IMG/VR virus record: IMGVR_UViG_3300023202_000383
Coordinates: 186,001 to 250,000 of that record
Strand: one strand, 5' to 3'
DNA: 64,000 nucleotides
Each line of letters starts with the position of its first letter. Position 1 is the stretch's first letter. The position numbers and the translations under genes are program-made. Of the stretch, positions 34,633 to 44,760 are shown in pieces. The notes beneath the pieces are model-generated. The model saw only the letters and a list, made by a program, of their open reading frames with translations. It searched no databases and was not told where the DNA came from.

Positions 34633-35580
34633 ATGAGTAAAGTCACACTGGACGACATAATACCTGAAATTGAATCTGTCTTCGGCAAGGTAGGAGTCAG
34701 ACTCAAGAAAGATGGATTTATCCCTACCAAGTATGAGGAGGGTAAAGAGAAGGTATATGACGTGAAACGAGGAAGGAAAACCAGAAAAGCCAAAACTAAG
34801 AAATTTAGAGCCACATTAAAGCGCGATGGCATGCGCTTAGAAATTTCGTGGTGCATAAATTCTAATCATATAGTCAATGATATTAATGGTTACAACGGTA
34901 CAGCTCAATTCTTTGTCAGGCAGAAGACCGGCGGCTACAAGAGCATGGCCGTTCTAATTGGCAAAAACGGCAAATGCTCATATGGGTGGAAAACCGGTCA
35001 TCCTATAAAGTCTGCATTTATAGAAGCATTGGACACTGAAGTTCATGATATAGATCCATCATGTCGCCGCAGGCGACCAAAGGACGCTGAGCAGAGAAAA
35101 TTCAGGTCGACAAACATCAAGAAGCATCCGGTTTTAGTTAGGATCTTCAAAGGCAAATACAAAACATATTATATTGATAATAATGGCAAAGTAGCCGTCA
35201 GCGAGTTGCCTGTTAAAATAGATAATAATATTGAGTATACGCATTCCTACGCTGATATCAACGCCTCTGTTGTTGGGCTTATCGCCATAAAGGGCAATAA
35301 GGTAACTCAAGATGTGTCTAATCCAAGCAATGACGGTGTGCACTTTATTGTCGAACATCGCTTAGGAACCGAGCGCAATCGTGTAGTGTATGTAAACGAT
35401 AATGCTGACTATTATTATGAAGGCCATTACCATCACTACTATGACAATAAAGCAGAAAAATATGCACATAAATATACATTGCCAAAGAGTAGCAAAAAGG
35501 CACCACTAGATCAAAATGACCAAGGCATTATAAGGTTGGTTGTGCAAGTATTCATTGACGAATTTGCAGAGGACGCATAG
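34633..35580 (+). CDS. Hypothetical protein, family B-like C-domain
   Basis: Start ATG 34633 with GGAG RBS (track start lies inside the terminator); YYIDNNGK...QDVSNPSNDGVHFIV. Confidence 0.7.
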   Translation: MSKVTLDDIIPEIESVFGKVGVRLKKDGFIPTKYEEGKEKVYDVKRGRKTRKAKTKKFRATLKRDGMRLEISWCINSNHIVNDINGYNGTAQFFVRQKTGGYKSMAVLIGKNGKCSYGWKTGHPIKSAFIEALDTEVHDIDPSCRRRRPKDAEQRKFRSTNIKKHPVLVRIFKGKYKTYYIDNNGKVAVSELPVKIDNNIEYTHSYADINASVVGLIAIKGNKVTQDVSNPSNDGVHFIVEHRLGTERNRVVYVNDNADYYYEGHYHHYYDNKAEKYAHKYTLPKSSKKAPLDQNDQGIIRLVVQVFIDEFAEDA

Positions 35581-35663
35581 TGGTTTTTCGCCGCGCGGCT
35601 GTGCGCCACGATCGATAGCAGCCAGCGGGTGGCTGTCAAACATAAAAGTGGAGATAGAACAAT

Positions 35664-36014
35664 ATGGGACAGCACTTCTACGTACCGAGCAACATCGTCG
35701 AGAAGGAACTTGAGGTCAGCAAAGAGCTTGACCCCATCAAGAAACCCGATCTGACTCCGAAGCAGGTGATCGAAGAGCAGATTCTGGGGATTACCGGCAG
35801 ACCCAACAATTTCGACAAAGTCGTATTCAAGGAGTTGTGGTCCGACGAAGCCGGTACGCGGTTCCGCGTCAATGTCTTCACTAAGACGTACGAGAAAGAC
35901 AGCGCCATGCCCGACATTTCGATGGTTGACAGCTATTTCGTCCTGTTCAACAGCGAAATGGGATCGGTTGACCAGATCAGCCCATCTCCGAGACTGAAAT
36001 TCCGCAATAATTGA
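35664..36014 (+). CDS. Hypothetical protein, GC-rich codon usage
   Basis: 116 aa, GGAG RBS, preceded by the upstream motif. Confidence 0.75.
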   Translation: MGQHFYVPSNIVEKELEVSKELDPIKKPDLTPKQVIEEQILGITGRPNNFDKVVFKELWSDEAGTRFRVNVFTKTYEKDSAMPDISMVDSYFVLFNSEMGSVDQISPSPRLKFRNN

Positions 36015-36331
36015 TGAAGAACGTCATGCAAGCCATGGCGGAAGAGCTAGTCCGTAGACTATGCTATTGCGAGCTGGTGCGCAAAAAGTGGCCCTCAAAC
36101 GGATTCCCACACTATAGATGGAATAGTGGTATTGGTGGAGAGCATGGTCTCATTGAGGTAATATATTCTGATTGTATATTGGCTGAATTTTGGCCAGACT
36201 GCTCCACAGTATGGTATCCGAAGTCCAAAGGATGGCATTATATTCTTGAGGACCCAAATTTCGAGCCAGAATTTCTGGTGTACGAAATGTATGCGTACTT
36301 GGTTGCACACTACCTACTAGGGTCTCGATGA
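36011..36331 (+). CDS. Hypothetical, family A paralogue
   Basis: YILEDPNFEPEFLVYEM. Confidence 0.65.
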   Translation: MMKNVMQAMAEELVRRLCYCELVRKKWPSNGFPHYRWNSGIGGEHGLIEVIYSDCILAEFWPDCSTVWYPKSKGWHYILEDPNFEPEFLVYEMYAYLVAHYLLGSR

Positions 36332-38415
36332 AGTTACCAGAAAACATAGAAGCTAGAGACTACCAGCTCCAGATCATATCCGAAACCATTGAAGCAATCG
36401 AGCGTGGGCATAAGTCTATTTTGATAGTCTCGCCAACTGGATCGGGCAAGACTATTACGGGGCACTTACTTCTGCATGAGCTTTACAATAGATATGGTTA
36501 CAATGCTGGGTGGACCTCAATGCGTAGGTTCCTTTGGCGTCAAGCACGTAGATCGAATGAAAAATTGACGAAGTTTCCGCATGTCCGATATTTTAGTCTA
36601 TTTGATAAAGACTTTCCAACCGACGTCGATGTGCGAGTGGAAGATGAGTGCCTTCCGGCACCCACTATAATAGAAACGGAAGATGGGCTAAAAACGATTA
36701 GAGAAATCGTTGATTCAAAATATTCTGGAAGAGTGCTTTCATTCAACGGAACAAACAATGAATGGTGTGAGGTTACTAATTGGTATAAAAGAGACAACGA
36801 TAAAACTTGGATTAATCCAACAAGAAACAACCCAAATAAATACACTGACACATTCAAGCAATTGTGGTGTACACCAGATCATACATTATTCTATATTGAT
36901 GATCCATTAAATCCTATCATAAAACAAATTGCAGCCAAAGACATTGCCGGAAAGTATCTTGTTGCAAAACCAACAAATTATAAACGAAACAACATAAATC
37001 CTTACTATAATAGTGATCAGTTATCGGTCATAATTGGATCTGTCTTGGGTGATGGCTCGGTTGGCAAGTCTGGCAGAGTAAGACTGCAGCATTGCAGTAT
37101 GCAATCTGAATATTTAGACTGGAAAGCCAAAATACTTGGTGGCAATAAATCAAGACATGATAAATGGTCTGGATATAGATGGAAGCACGACGGATTTAGA
37201 GACAATTTTGCCGTAACTAGCCAGACATCTAGAATAAGAGATATATGCTACATAAATAATCAAAAGAAAATCACAAACGACATAGTTGAAATGGCGGATA
37301 TAAAGACTGTTGCTATATGGTATATGGATGATGGGAGTATTAGTAGAAAACGTGCAGTGTTCCATACTGAAGGATTCGACAAAGAATCGGTAATAAACTG
37401 CCAGAAAATATTGGCAAAGTTCGACATAAATAGCAAAATAGCTAAGTCGAAAACAAAATACCATATTATACAATTAAATGTAGAAAATACTAAGAAAATG
37501 ATGGGATTAATATCAAAATACAGATGCTCATCTATGAATTATAAATTTACAGAACATCATGACTTATATAAATGGGACAGCAAAAAATTAGACTTCGGAA
37601 CAATCAAAATAAATCATATTAATAATAAACAAGGTAGGGCGATAAAAGGTAGGAAATTGAAGTATGACATAGAAGTCAAAAAGAATCATAACTTTTATGC
37701 CAATGGATATTTAGTACACAATTGCCACCATAGCGCATGCAATACGTCTATTTGGCAGCGCGAGACCATCGACCCGGCAATTGACATTGGTTTGACGGCT
37801 ACTAACTATCGTACTGACAAGCTGAAGTTGGCTTATAGTAAGGTTGTCAACGGCCCAGATATAGATTTTCTTGTGAATAACGGCTTCTTGAGTCCTTATC
37901 ACTTCTATGCGCTCAGGCAGAGATGGAATGCAGACAACATAGCACGCTTGTATTTGTCGGACGCTGCCAGGTGGGGCAAAAGTGTGATCTTCTTATCCAA
38001 GGTGGACAACTGCTATAAAGCAATGAATATTTTGTCCGATGCTGGAATAAAATGTGATGTTGTGCATGCTAATAGCGACCAAGAGAACCAGATCGAAGCG
38101 TTTATCAACAATGACTTGCAAGTTTTGCTGAACGTCTTTGTTCTTACAGAAGGTTTCGACGTACCAGACTTGAAGACCGTATTTGTTAGATCTGCATCAG
38201 AGGGGCCGACAATACAGATGTGTGGACGAGTGCTTCGTACTCATGGCAGCAAAAAATATGCGCAAATAGTCCAGCCGTATTCTGCCAAGCATCCTTTCAC
38301 CAATATAGCTGAGGCATCAAAGAAATTGGTGCAGAAGAGAGGCAATTGGGATGAAGTTTCTACGAATTCCTTAGTAGAGATAGCGTCTAAAGCTATATTT
38401 AGGAGAAGATGGTGA
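36328..38415 (+). CDS. SF2 helicase (Res/UvsW-like) containing an intein
   Basis: ARDYQ, SPTGSGKT, DE|CHH after splicing, GLTAT, VLTEGFDVP, QMCGRVLR; 337 aa after splicing. Confidence 0.88.
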   Translation: MKLPENIEARDYQLQIISETIEAIERGHKSILIVSPTGSGKTITGHLLLHELYNRYGYNAGWTSMRRFLWRQARRSNEKLTKFPHVRYFSLFDKDFPTDVDVRVEDECLPAPTIIETEDGLKTIREIVDSKYSGRVLSFNGTNNEWCEVTNWYKRDNDKTWINPTRNNPNKYTDTFKQLWCTPDHTLFYIDDPLNPIIKQIAAKDIAGKYLVAKPTNYKRNNINPYYNSDQLSVIIGSVLGDGSVGKSGRVRLQHCSMQSEYLDWKAKILGGNKSRHDKWSGYRWKHDGFRDNFAVTSQTSRIRDICYINNQKKITNDIVEMADIKTVAIWYMDDGSISRKRAVFHTEGFDKESVINCQKILAKFDINSKIAKSKTKYHIIQLNVENTKKMMGLISKYRCSSMNYKFTEHHDLYKWDSKKLDFGTIKINHINNKQGRAIKGRKLKYDIEVKKNHNFYANGYLVHNCHHSACNTSIWQRETIDPAIDIGLTATNYRTDKLKLAYSKVVNGPDIDFLVNNGFLSPYHFYALRQRWNADNIARLYLSDAARWGKSVIFLSKVDNCYKAMNILSDAGIKCDVVHANSDQENQIEAFINNDLQVLLNVFVLTEGFDVPDLKTVFVRSASEGPTIQMCGRVLRTHGSKKYAQIVQPYSAKHPFTNIAEASKKLVQKRGNWDEVSTNSLVEIASKAIFRRRW
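36649..37722 (+). mobile_element. Intein with LAGLIDADG homing endonuclease (358 aa)
   Basis: Starts CLPAPT, ends NFYANGYLVHN followed by Cys; IIGSVLGDGSV and AIWYMDDGSI motifs. Confidence 0.92.
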
Positions 38416-38720
38416 TAAAGTTTAAGAACCCTAGGATCGTAAGACTTGACAATGATGGTTGGCCTACTGAAGAGCATTTAAGTGTGCCAAGCGAAGTTTA
38501 TATTTTGATGAATGGTGAAGTCATCTGGCTTGGTTGTCAGATATGCCTCCTAATTGACATAGAAAAGGCAGTATGTAAGAGATATTTAAATATGCTCAAG
38601 TGTCTAGTAAACGTAGAAGAGCATATGGGAGAGTGGGATTCGGTCAGTAGAATGCCATTAACTCAGCAAGCTTTTGAAGATGCAAAGAAGTGGCTAACTA
38701 CGCACGATTTTGCCAAGTAG
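38409..38720 (+). CDS. Hypothetical, family B-like
   Basis: IVRLDNDGWPTEEHLSVPSEVYILM. Confidence 0.6.
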   Translation: MVIKFKNPRIVRLDNDGWPTEEHLSVPSEVYILMNGEVIWLGCQICLLIDIEKAVCKRYLNMLKCLVNVEEHMGEWDSVSRMPLTQQAFEDAKKWLTTHDFAK

Positions 38721-39408
38721 GGATATCTGTGACTTCTTTGCTCATGCCGTACTCGCGGTTCTGCTTGGCCCATATTTTGACTAATTTTGAAGCCTCATAT
38801 ATTCTTATCAGTTCGTCTCTAGTTAGGCCCATTTCGAGAATTTCTCCAATCTCAGACCCCATTATGGCTGCTACTACTTTAAATGAAGCACTGGTCCTTA
38901 ATGCGCATCTATTTATTGAATTATATACCCAGCCCTTTTGATTCAACTTTTTAACCTCAGAAGCCGCGCGTACAGCCAGCCAGTCGTTGTTTTGTTTGCA
39001 GTTTCTAGCTCTTCTTTTGGCTCTTTTTACTTTTTCTGTCCGCTTTTTCGCTTCATCATGTGATATGTTATACGCGCTGTACTTAAGCACAACAGGGTAC
39101 TTCCCGAGGCTCATAGATGATTTCTTTATCGTCCCATCGGGTGCTTCGCAACTAAACACGGCTGGCCTGTAGAATAATGAGTTACCCCAGTATATTGTCA
39201 GAGGCGATTTTACCAATGTGTGTTTCAGAGTGCACCTTTTTGCAGTTACGGAATCGACAGCCCATGGTATTTCACCCGACACTACGCTCGATGATAAAAG
39301 TCCTGGATTGGCGTCTTGCCCATCGAATTCGACTAAAATCTTCTGCTCAGGATGAAGCATTTTTGCTTCATCTATATCTAAATCCGGCCCGATAGCTGAA
39401 TATATCAT
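38698..39408 (-). CDS. Hypothetical protein
   Basis: 236 aa, GGAG RBS. Confidence 0.65.
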   Translation of the reverse strand: MIYSAIGPDLDIDEAKMLHPEQKILVEFDGQDANPGLLSSSVVSGEIPWAVDSVTAKRCTLKHTLVKSPLTIYWGNSLFYRPAVFSCEAPDGTIKKSSMSLGKYPVVLKYSAYNISHDEAKKRTEKVKRAKRRARNCKQNNDWLAVRAASEVKKLNQKGWVYNSINRCALRTSASFKVVAAIMGSEIGEILEMGLTRDELIRIYEASKLVKIWAKQNREYGMSKEVTDIPTWQNRA

Positions 39409-39487
39409 CCTGTGCTCCTCTTTCTATTGTATATTTTGTCATGACTTTCAGCGCGCGGCGGCTGCGCCACGACAAGCGGAGGAAAGT

Positions 39488-40489
39488 ATGCACAATCTAC
39501 CAACAATAGAACATGAAGTTGCTCAGTTGTCCAAGATCCATGTTGATGACAACGACAGACTCACGCTGCCTGATGGCAGAGTGGTAGAATCAAGCGATAA
39601 ATTCTGGTCTTCATGGTCTTCGATGTTTAAAATCGACACCAACATATTCAAGACCTTTTCGCACAAAGAGGTGTTTGGGAGGGTCGATGGTCGCGTAAGA
39701 GTAATTATGGTTGATAATTTGGCAGTTGGATGTGCTGACCCATCTAAAACCATAGTTGAACCTGGCCACATAGATAGCCTCATGGATCTGGGCCCCATAT
39801 ATTCTATATATGGCGGTGGCATATATAATATGGTATTCCCGGTAAGATTCGACACAAAATTATACGTTGGCTCTGACGCCCTTAAGCCGCGATTTAGTGT
39901 TGACATCTATATCGATAGCGGGAGACTGCCTACAATACATCTCGCTGCCGCAAAGTTCGACGACACTATAATTGTTGCTAGAAACAGAGATTTTAAGGCT
40001 AACATCAATCTCGGTAAGAGCCAAGATAAGGCACTTGATATTCTTAAACGCAATATAGTTTCTTTCAACGATGAAAGCGGCTACAAGGAATTGGCCGAGA
40101 AATTGACCACAGGGTTTGCTTCATGGGCATCTTATTATGAATCGTCGTCTCTGTATAAGATTCTTGGGTCTGCACTAGCGGATCTAAGCCACAGCGATAG
40201 ATCAAAATATTTGAATATGCTCACGGAACTGTGCGGAGACCCACTTGAATGGTACGGTATTTCTACTGGCTCTGATATTTCTGACAAGAAGTCGAAGAAG
40301 ATACCAGTAAAATCCAATGTTTATGACCTGATAAATTTCGCTGGATATGTCTCTACGAAGATCATCGCTAGTAGGTCGGGCAAAATGGAGATTGAAAATT
40401 GGATAGGTAAAGTCTTGATGGACGAGTTCGACCTCGAAAATAGCGTGAAGGCTTTTCCTAGATATGAAGACTTTTTCGATGAAAAATAA
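39488..40489 (+). CDS. Hypothetical protein
   Basis: 333 aa, GGAGG RBS, preceded by the motif at 39451. Confidence 0.75.
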   Translation: MHNLPTIEHEVAQLSKIHVDDNDRLTLPDGRVVESSDKFWSSWSSMFKIDTNIFKTFSHKEVFGRVDGRVRVIMVDNLAVGCADPSKTIVEPGHIDSLMDLGPIYSIYGGGIYNMVFPVRFDTKLYVGSDALKPRFSVDIYIDSGRLPTIHLAAAKFDDTIIVARNRDFKANINLGKSQDKALDILKRNIVSFNDESGYKELAEKLTTGFASWASYYESSSLYKILGSALADLSHSDRSKYLNMLTELCGDPLEWYGISTGSDISDKKSKKIPVKSNVYDLINFAGYVSTKIIASRSGKMEIENWIGKVLMDEFDLENSVKAFPRYEDFFDEK

Positions 40490-40871
40490 CCCACACTGCA
40501 ATTTTGTTAAGCCAAATACAAAAGATGAAATCGAGCAATTAATCTCGTATGAAATTACATATTGTGAAATAGATCGTTTGGTTTCTATACGCAGGTGTGG
40601 TCAAGCAATCGAGATATCTGACAATATATGCGACCCAAACTCATATATATGGGTATTGATATATGTAGAATTTGACAAGATCGAGACTGCTAGTGGCCAT
40701 ATAATTTATGACGGCTATAAAGCATATACATTAATGACTAATCAGCTGCAACACGAACTGCCTTTGTCAGGCAAGAATAAGGAAACACTAGACGACATCA
40801 TGAAGCATGTCCATGAGGCACCAGCGGTTCCATTCGGTGTTTATGATCTTTACAGTTTTATGGCTTTTTGA
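40464..40871 (+). CDS. Hypothetical, family B-like
   Basis: DNICDPNSYIWVLIYV; likely start ATG 40479. Confidence 0.6.
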   Translation: MKTFSMKNNPHCNFVKPNTKDEIEQLISYEITYCEIDRLVSIRRCGQAIEISDNICDPNSYIWVLIYVEFDKIETASGHIIYDGYKAYTLMTNQLQHELPLSGKNKETLDDIMKHVHEAPAVPFGVYDLYSFMAF

Positions 40872-40877
40872 GATAAT

Positions 40878-41357
40878 ATGACAATACAATATGAACCATA
40901 TGTGTTTAAGGGTGATTGGAAGCTTTGGCGTATATGCACCATGGACGTCTGCCATGTAGATAGCAATGGCTGCGTAAGTTTAGATGACATATCAGATCCA
41001 TCTAAAGACGAGTTGTGGTTTCTGATAGGCATTTTAGCCAAGCATCCTAGGCATAGGAGCAACAAGTCCTCAGTTATGACTATTGTAACTGACGGCGAAG
41101 TGTGGTATGATTGTACTATTACAAAATCTTCATTTATTGGGAAAATGACCAAAGTCGATGACAAAGGTGGGGATTTTATAATTAGTTTAGATCAATCACT
41201 ACAGCACGCTGACCTTCATGCTGATCCTATGGATCATGACAGTCCAGAAGCTTACATTATAGCTAGTAGTGTCCCTAGATTTGGATGCGGCTACGCGGAC
41301 TTGTCGCCGGAATCCAAAGAGGTAATCCAGAATGCCATCAAAGAACGATTCGGTTAA
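40878..41357 (+). CDS. Hypothetical, family B-like
   Basis: HVDSNGCVSLDDISDPSKDELWFLI. Confidence 0.65.
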   Translation: MTIQYEPYVFKGDWKLWRICTMDVCHVDSNGCVSLDDISDPSKDELWFLIGILAKHPRHRSNKSSVMTIVTDGEVWYDCTITKSSFIGKMTKVDDKGGDFIISLDQSLQHADLHADPMDHDSPEAYIIASSVPRFGCGYADLSPESKEVIQNAIKERFG

Positions 41358-41892
41358 CGTGTCGTACATACCATTATTGGATGTGGACCACTCGACACCA
41401 ATTGACTATGCGCCGCATATTCTTCGCACAATCCAAGAAGGCGTTGGTCTAATAAGATACATATTTACATATGGTGGCGGGAAGATAGTGTTGTGTTTAA
41501 ATAGGGCAAGAGACATCTATGACCATATGGATAAATGGTGTGACGGCGATATAGAAAATACGATGGTGATAAATGCCGAAAATGGCGACAATCGCTTTTC
41601 TCTATGTATATTCCCCGTACAAGTTAATATTGGCGAAGATATAGTTGTCCCACTCCGGTATCAATCTACTAAAGGGCATGAAGCGCCAGAGTTGGGTCAA
41701 AAAGTCAAAGTTGGCATCGCTGATTCTAGTGGGTTGCCGCAGAAATATTTAATGCCTAGTGATATATACTGGCTTGGGAATCTCCGTACTTCTAGCGTGA
41801 AGTTCGACGGCGAATCGGTCCAATCTAAGATCTTATCATTGCTTCGCGACGTTGGCGGCGACACCAGCGAGAGAGGAACGAACGATGGCTAA
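41332..41892 (+). CDS. Hypothetical protein
   Basis: 186 aa coupled ORF. Confidence 0.6.
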   Translation: MPSKNDSVNVSYIPLLDVDHSTPIDYAPHILRTIQEGVGLIRYIFTYGGGKIVLCLNRARDIYDHMDKWCDGDIENTMVINAENGDNRFSLCIFPVQVNIGEDIVVPLRYQSTKGHEAPELGQKVKVGIADSSGLPQKYLMPSDIYWLGNLRTSSVKFDGESVQSKILSLLRDVGGDTSERGTNDG

Positions 41893-42460
41893 ACGCACAT
41901 GGAAATGGCAACTCGCAGCTATCCAGAAGCTGATTCCAGACGCTCAGGTCGTGAGAGACGACGAGGGCTATCGGGTAGATGCTGCTGCTAAGATAGGCGG
42001 CTATACCGCCGCAGAGCGATTCGATGACCCATTTACTGAGATTGATAGCACCGCAGATAGCCCAGGTGAAGCAGTTATCAAATGGTATGACGCTGTAAGC
42101 TGCTCCGATCCAACACTGTATGTGGCTTACAAAGGCAAGAAGTTCATGCCAGATCCAATTCGAGGCGAATGGCGTGAATTAAGCGACGAAGACGCAGAAT
42201 GCCTTCTCGATACCAGAAAGTCATTCAGGGCGATCCAGCAATCCGAAGCTGTCAAGCCGCAGCACAGAGCGGTCAATATAGATAGTTTCGAAGATTACGA
42301 AGACCCGTCTGAATTGGAGAAGAAGGAAGACAAACCCGAACCTCAAAAAGATAGTGTCCTGGTAGACCATATAAAATTCGGTGCCAAAGCACTCGGACTG
42401 GCATTCTTGATAGGATTTGGCAGAGCCTGGTGGTCGAGCGATACCAGAGAACGCAGATAA
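41885..42460 (+). CDS. Hypothetical protein with C-terminal membrane segment
   Basis: FGAKALGLAFLIGFG hydrophobic tail; ATG 41885 with GAGG RBS. Confidence 0.65.
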   Translation: MAKRTWKWQLAAIQKLIPDAQVVRDDEGYRVDAAAKIGGYTAAERFDDPFTEIDSTADSPGEAVIKWYDAVSCSDPTLYVAYKGKKFMPDPIRGEWRELSDEDAECLLDTRKSFRAIQQSEAVKPQHRAVNIDSFEDYEDPSELEKKEDKPEPQKDSVLVDHIKFGAKALGLAFLIGFGRAWWSSDTRERR

Positions 42461-42633
42461 TTCTTGGCTCCATCAAACTACGTTACTGTGTCCCGTGCAC
42501 TAGCGTATGCTAGAGGAGAACACTTAGATTGGCGAGAGACAACTTAAAATTGAAAACATCTATCAGTCTCCGCAAAGCCAACCTACGTGTAAGTGACCAC
42601 TAATTTATAGTTCTACCAGTCACACTCCTAAGC

Positions 42634-43062
42634 ATGCGTGAAAACCCACAAAGTATCGATGTAGGTGTCAACAAAGGCTCGCCTTTTTGCATGGCCTTTT
42701 TGTTTGCCAAAGATGGCCTCAAGGTATATAGCGGGTCTATCGACAGAATCGAAAGCGCAACATCTACGATGCCAGTTTGCCATGGTATCGTGCACATATA
42801 TTGTAAGATTTCTAACATGCGGAAATATTGGTCTCTGTTTGGCAACAGGCGTGGCCTTGAATTGCTGAAACTCTCGTGGAGGAAGAACGATCGGAGATTC
42901 AGCGGCAGATATGTCAAAAAGAATCACAAATACATTCTATATAGTGGGGAAGTCGACGATTATTACGGCTTCGAACCTAGACCTCTAAAAGAATTTAAGC
43001 TTATTGCGTCGTGGAGGAGGTTACCTAGCGAATTTCTGAATGAACTGGAGCCATATCAATGA
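42634..43062 (+). CDS. Hypothetical protein
   Basis: 142 aa ORF coupled to the next gene. Confidence 0.5.
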   Translation: MRENPQSIDVGVNKGSPFCMAFLFAKDGLKVYSGSIDRIESATSTMPVCHGIVHIYCKISNMRKYWSLFGNRRGLELLKLSWRKNDRRFSGRYVKKNHKYILYSGEVDDYYGFEPRPLKEFKLIASWRRLPSEFLNELEPYQ

Positions 43063-43421
43063 GAAAGAAAATCAGATGGTTCGAGTTCTTCGATAGTTCA
43101 AAGTATGTTGTGTCGAGAGTATTGGCTGTAGAAGCAGTAATGCTGGATAAGAAGCACCGCATTGTCAAAGCTGTTGATCGGCCTGGTGATGCATATTTCT
43201 CTATCACGCTAATCATCATCCCTCGCGACGATCCACAGTCTACAAGGCATACCTCGATTATCTATGATTCACATAACAACAGATGGGTATGGGCCAATCA
43301 CAAGAAGGTGGTCAGTTGGCCATCTAGATACAATCTCACGAAAGAGGACAAGTCGGTTATCGATAAGGCTGTCCATGAGTACGTAGCAACTGTCATAGAC
43401 CCGGAGGTTTCTAATGCATAA
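43059..43421 (+). CDS. Hypothetical, family B-like
   Basis: KAVDRPGDAYFSITLI. Confidence 0.6.
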   Translation: MRKKIRWFEFFDSSKYVVSRVLAVEAVMLDKKHRIVKAVDRPGDAYFSITLIIIPRDDPQSTRHTSIIYDSHNNRWVWANHKKVVSWPSRYNLTKEDKSVIDKAVHEYVATVIDPEVSNA

Positions 43422-44025
43422 AGAAAAGCGATACTTCGTGCACACTGGTGGTAACGGAGAAAAGTCACACAACAAGTTTTGGGTTGTGTGGCAAGAGGCA
43501 GAGAATTCCGTTTCTACTATGAATGGAAGGCTCGGCACAAAAGGCCAAACCCGAACGAAGGAGAGTGATAAAGGTCTCTCGTGGAGTTCGTACGAAGCGT
43601 CTAGATATTATCAGACCAAAATTGACGAAAAGATGTACCGTAAGGGTTACCGCGAAGTAGATCAAGAGAAGTTCGAACTAATGAGCAAGTATGCCGAAGC
43701 TGTCGGATCCGCCAATAAGTTGATGGCTACCGAGTGGGTTGGATTCGACAACAGTGAACTGTCAGTTCGCCCAATACCAAAGAATGATATCATGGACCCT
43801 GATGCAGATATCGCGTTGCTGGCAACCGTTGAGACACGCAAGGTGATTGATGATTACAATGTGTTCGACATTGCCTATACAAATCACGGTGTCTATGCAA
43901 GACCTAAGAGGTATGTGGTCACCGGAATTGAGTCGGGTAGGTTCTCTGCAGTTGCAGAAGATAGCGACCTCGGTAAGATCGCCTATAAAGCGGTCGGTAT
44001 CGTTGAATTGAAGGTGGGAACATGA
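43414..44025 (+). CDS. WGR-domain protein
   Basis: SHNKFWVVW......V....GRLGTKGQ...K....A..YY..KI.EK..KGYREV. Confidence 0.65.
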   Translation: MHKEKRYFVHTGGNGEKSHNKFWVVWQEAENSVSTMNGRLGTKGQTRTKESDKGLSWSSYEASRYYQTKIDEKMYRKGYREVDQEKFELMSKYAEAVGSANKLMATEWVGFDNSELSVRPIPKNDIMDPDADIALLATVETRKVIDDYNVFDIAYTNHGVYARPKRYVVTGIESGRFSAVAEDSDLGKIAYKAVGIVELKVGT

Positions 44026-44210
44026 AAATTATAATGGCTGGGACTGAATTGGACTTTGGTGCAAGCCCAACAAAGGGCGCAAAGGTCATAATCAACGACA
44101 TCGATATGAAAGATCTTATCATTGAAGTTGAAGCTGATAATGCCGAAGTTGTTATAGTTGATGGAATAATCACTATTAGAAAGAAACAAAGCGAGAATAT
44201 TAAGCTATAG
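44022..44210 (+). CDS. Small hypothetical protein
   Basis: 62 aa coupled ORF. Confidence 0.55.
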   Translation: MKIIMAGTELDFGASPTKGAKVIINDIDMKDLIIEVEADNAEVVIVDGIITIRKKQSENIKL

Positions 44211-44687
44211 ATTCTTAATTCTGTCGGCTGTATATTCCAATAGTGATAAGATGCCTGGTGATTTATAAGATTCTATACTTACACCAGCCATTTTAAGCAT
44301 ATTGAGCGTCGCTTGGAAGTCATTGTCATGCACACACACGCACTCTTGGGCGCTATATACTATTCTAGATATTCCCTTTTGAGCAAGCATTTTGGCGCAC
44401 GTTGAGCATGGCGGTCCGGTAACATAAGCAGTACCGCCAGTCAATAGGCCGTTGCTGAACATAATGGCATTCTGCTCAGCATGCACTAACCACATATACT
44501 TCTCTGGTCTAGTGCCAGGGATTTTAGAATCATCTATTCCTTGAATTGATCCGTTGTACCCGACGCCCAATATTCTGTGCTGGTCGTCAGTTATGACACA
44601 GCCATTCTTGTGTTCATGAGGATCAGAAGATCTGGCAGATACAAGAAACGCCATTGCTATAAAGTAATCATCCCATTCTGGCTTCAT
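44205..44687 (-). CDS. dCMP (deoxycytidylate) deaminase
   Basis: WDDYFIAMA.LVSARS.D, HAEQNAI, PCSTCAK; start ATG 44687. Confidence 0.93.
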   Translation of the reverse strand: MKPEWDDYFIAMAFLVSARSSDPHEHKNGCVITDDQHRILGVGYNGSIQGIDDSKIPGTRPEKYMWLVHAEQNAIMFSNGLLTGGTAYVTGPPCSTCAKMLAQKGISRIVYSAQECVCVHDNDFQATLNMLKMAGVSIESYKSPGILSLLEYTADRIKNL

Positions 44688-44760
44688 ATTGTACAAATAC
44701 CTCACGTTTTGATTGCCAGCAGCGGCGCGGCGAGACACGCGGTAGCGGAGGAACGCACGT

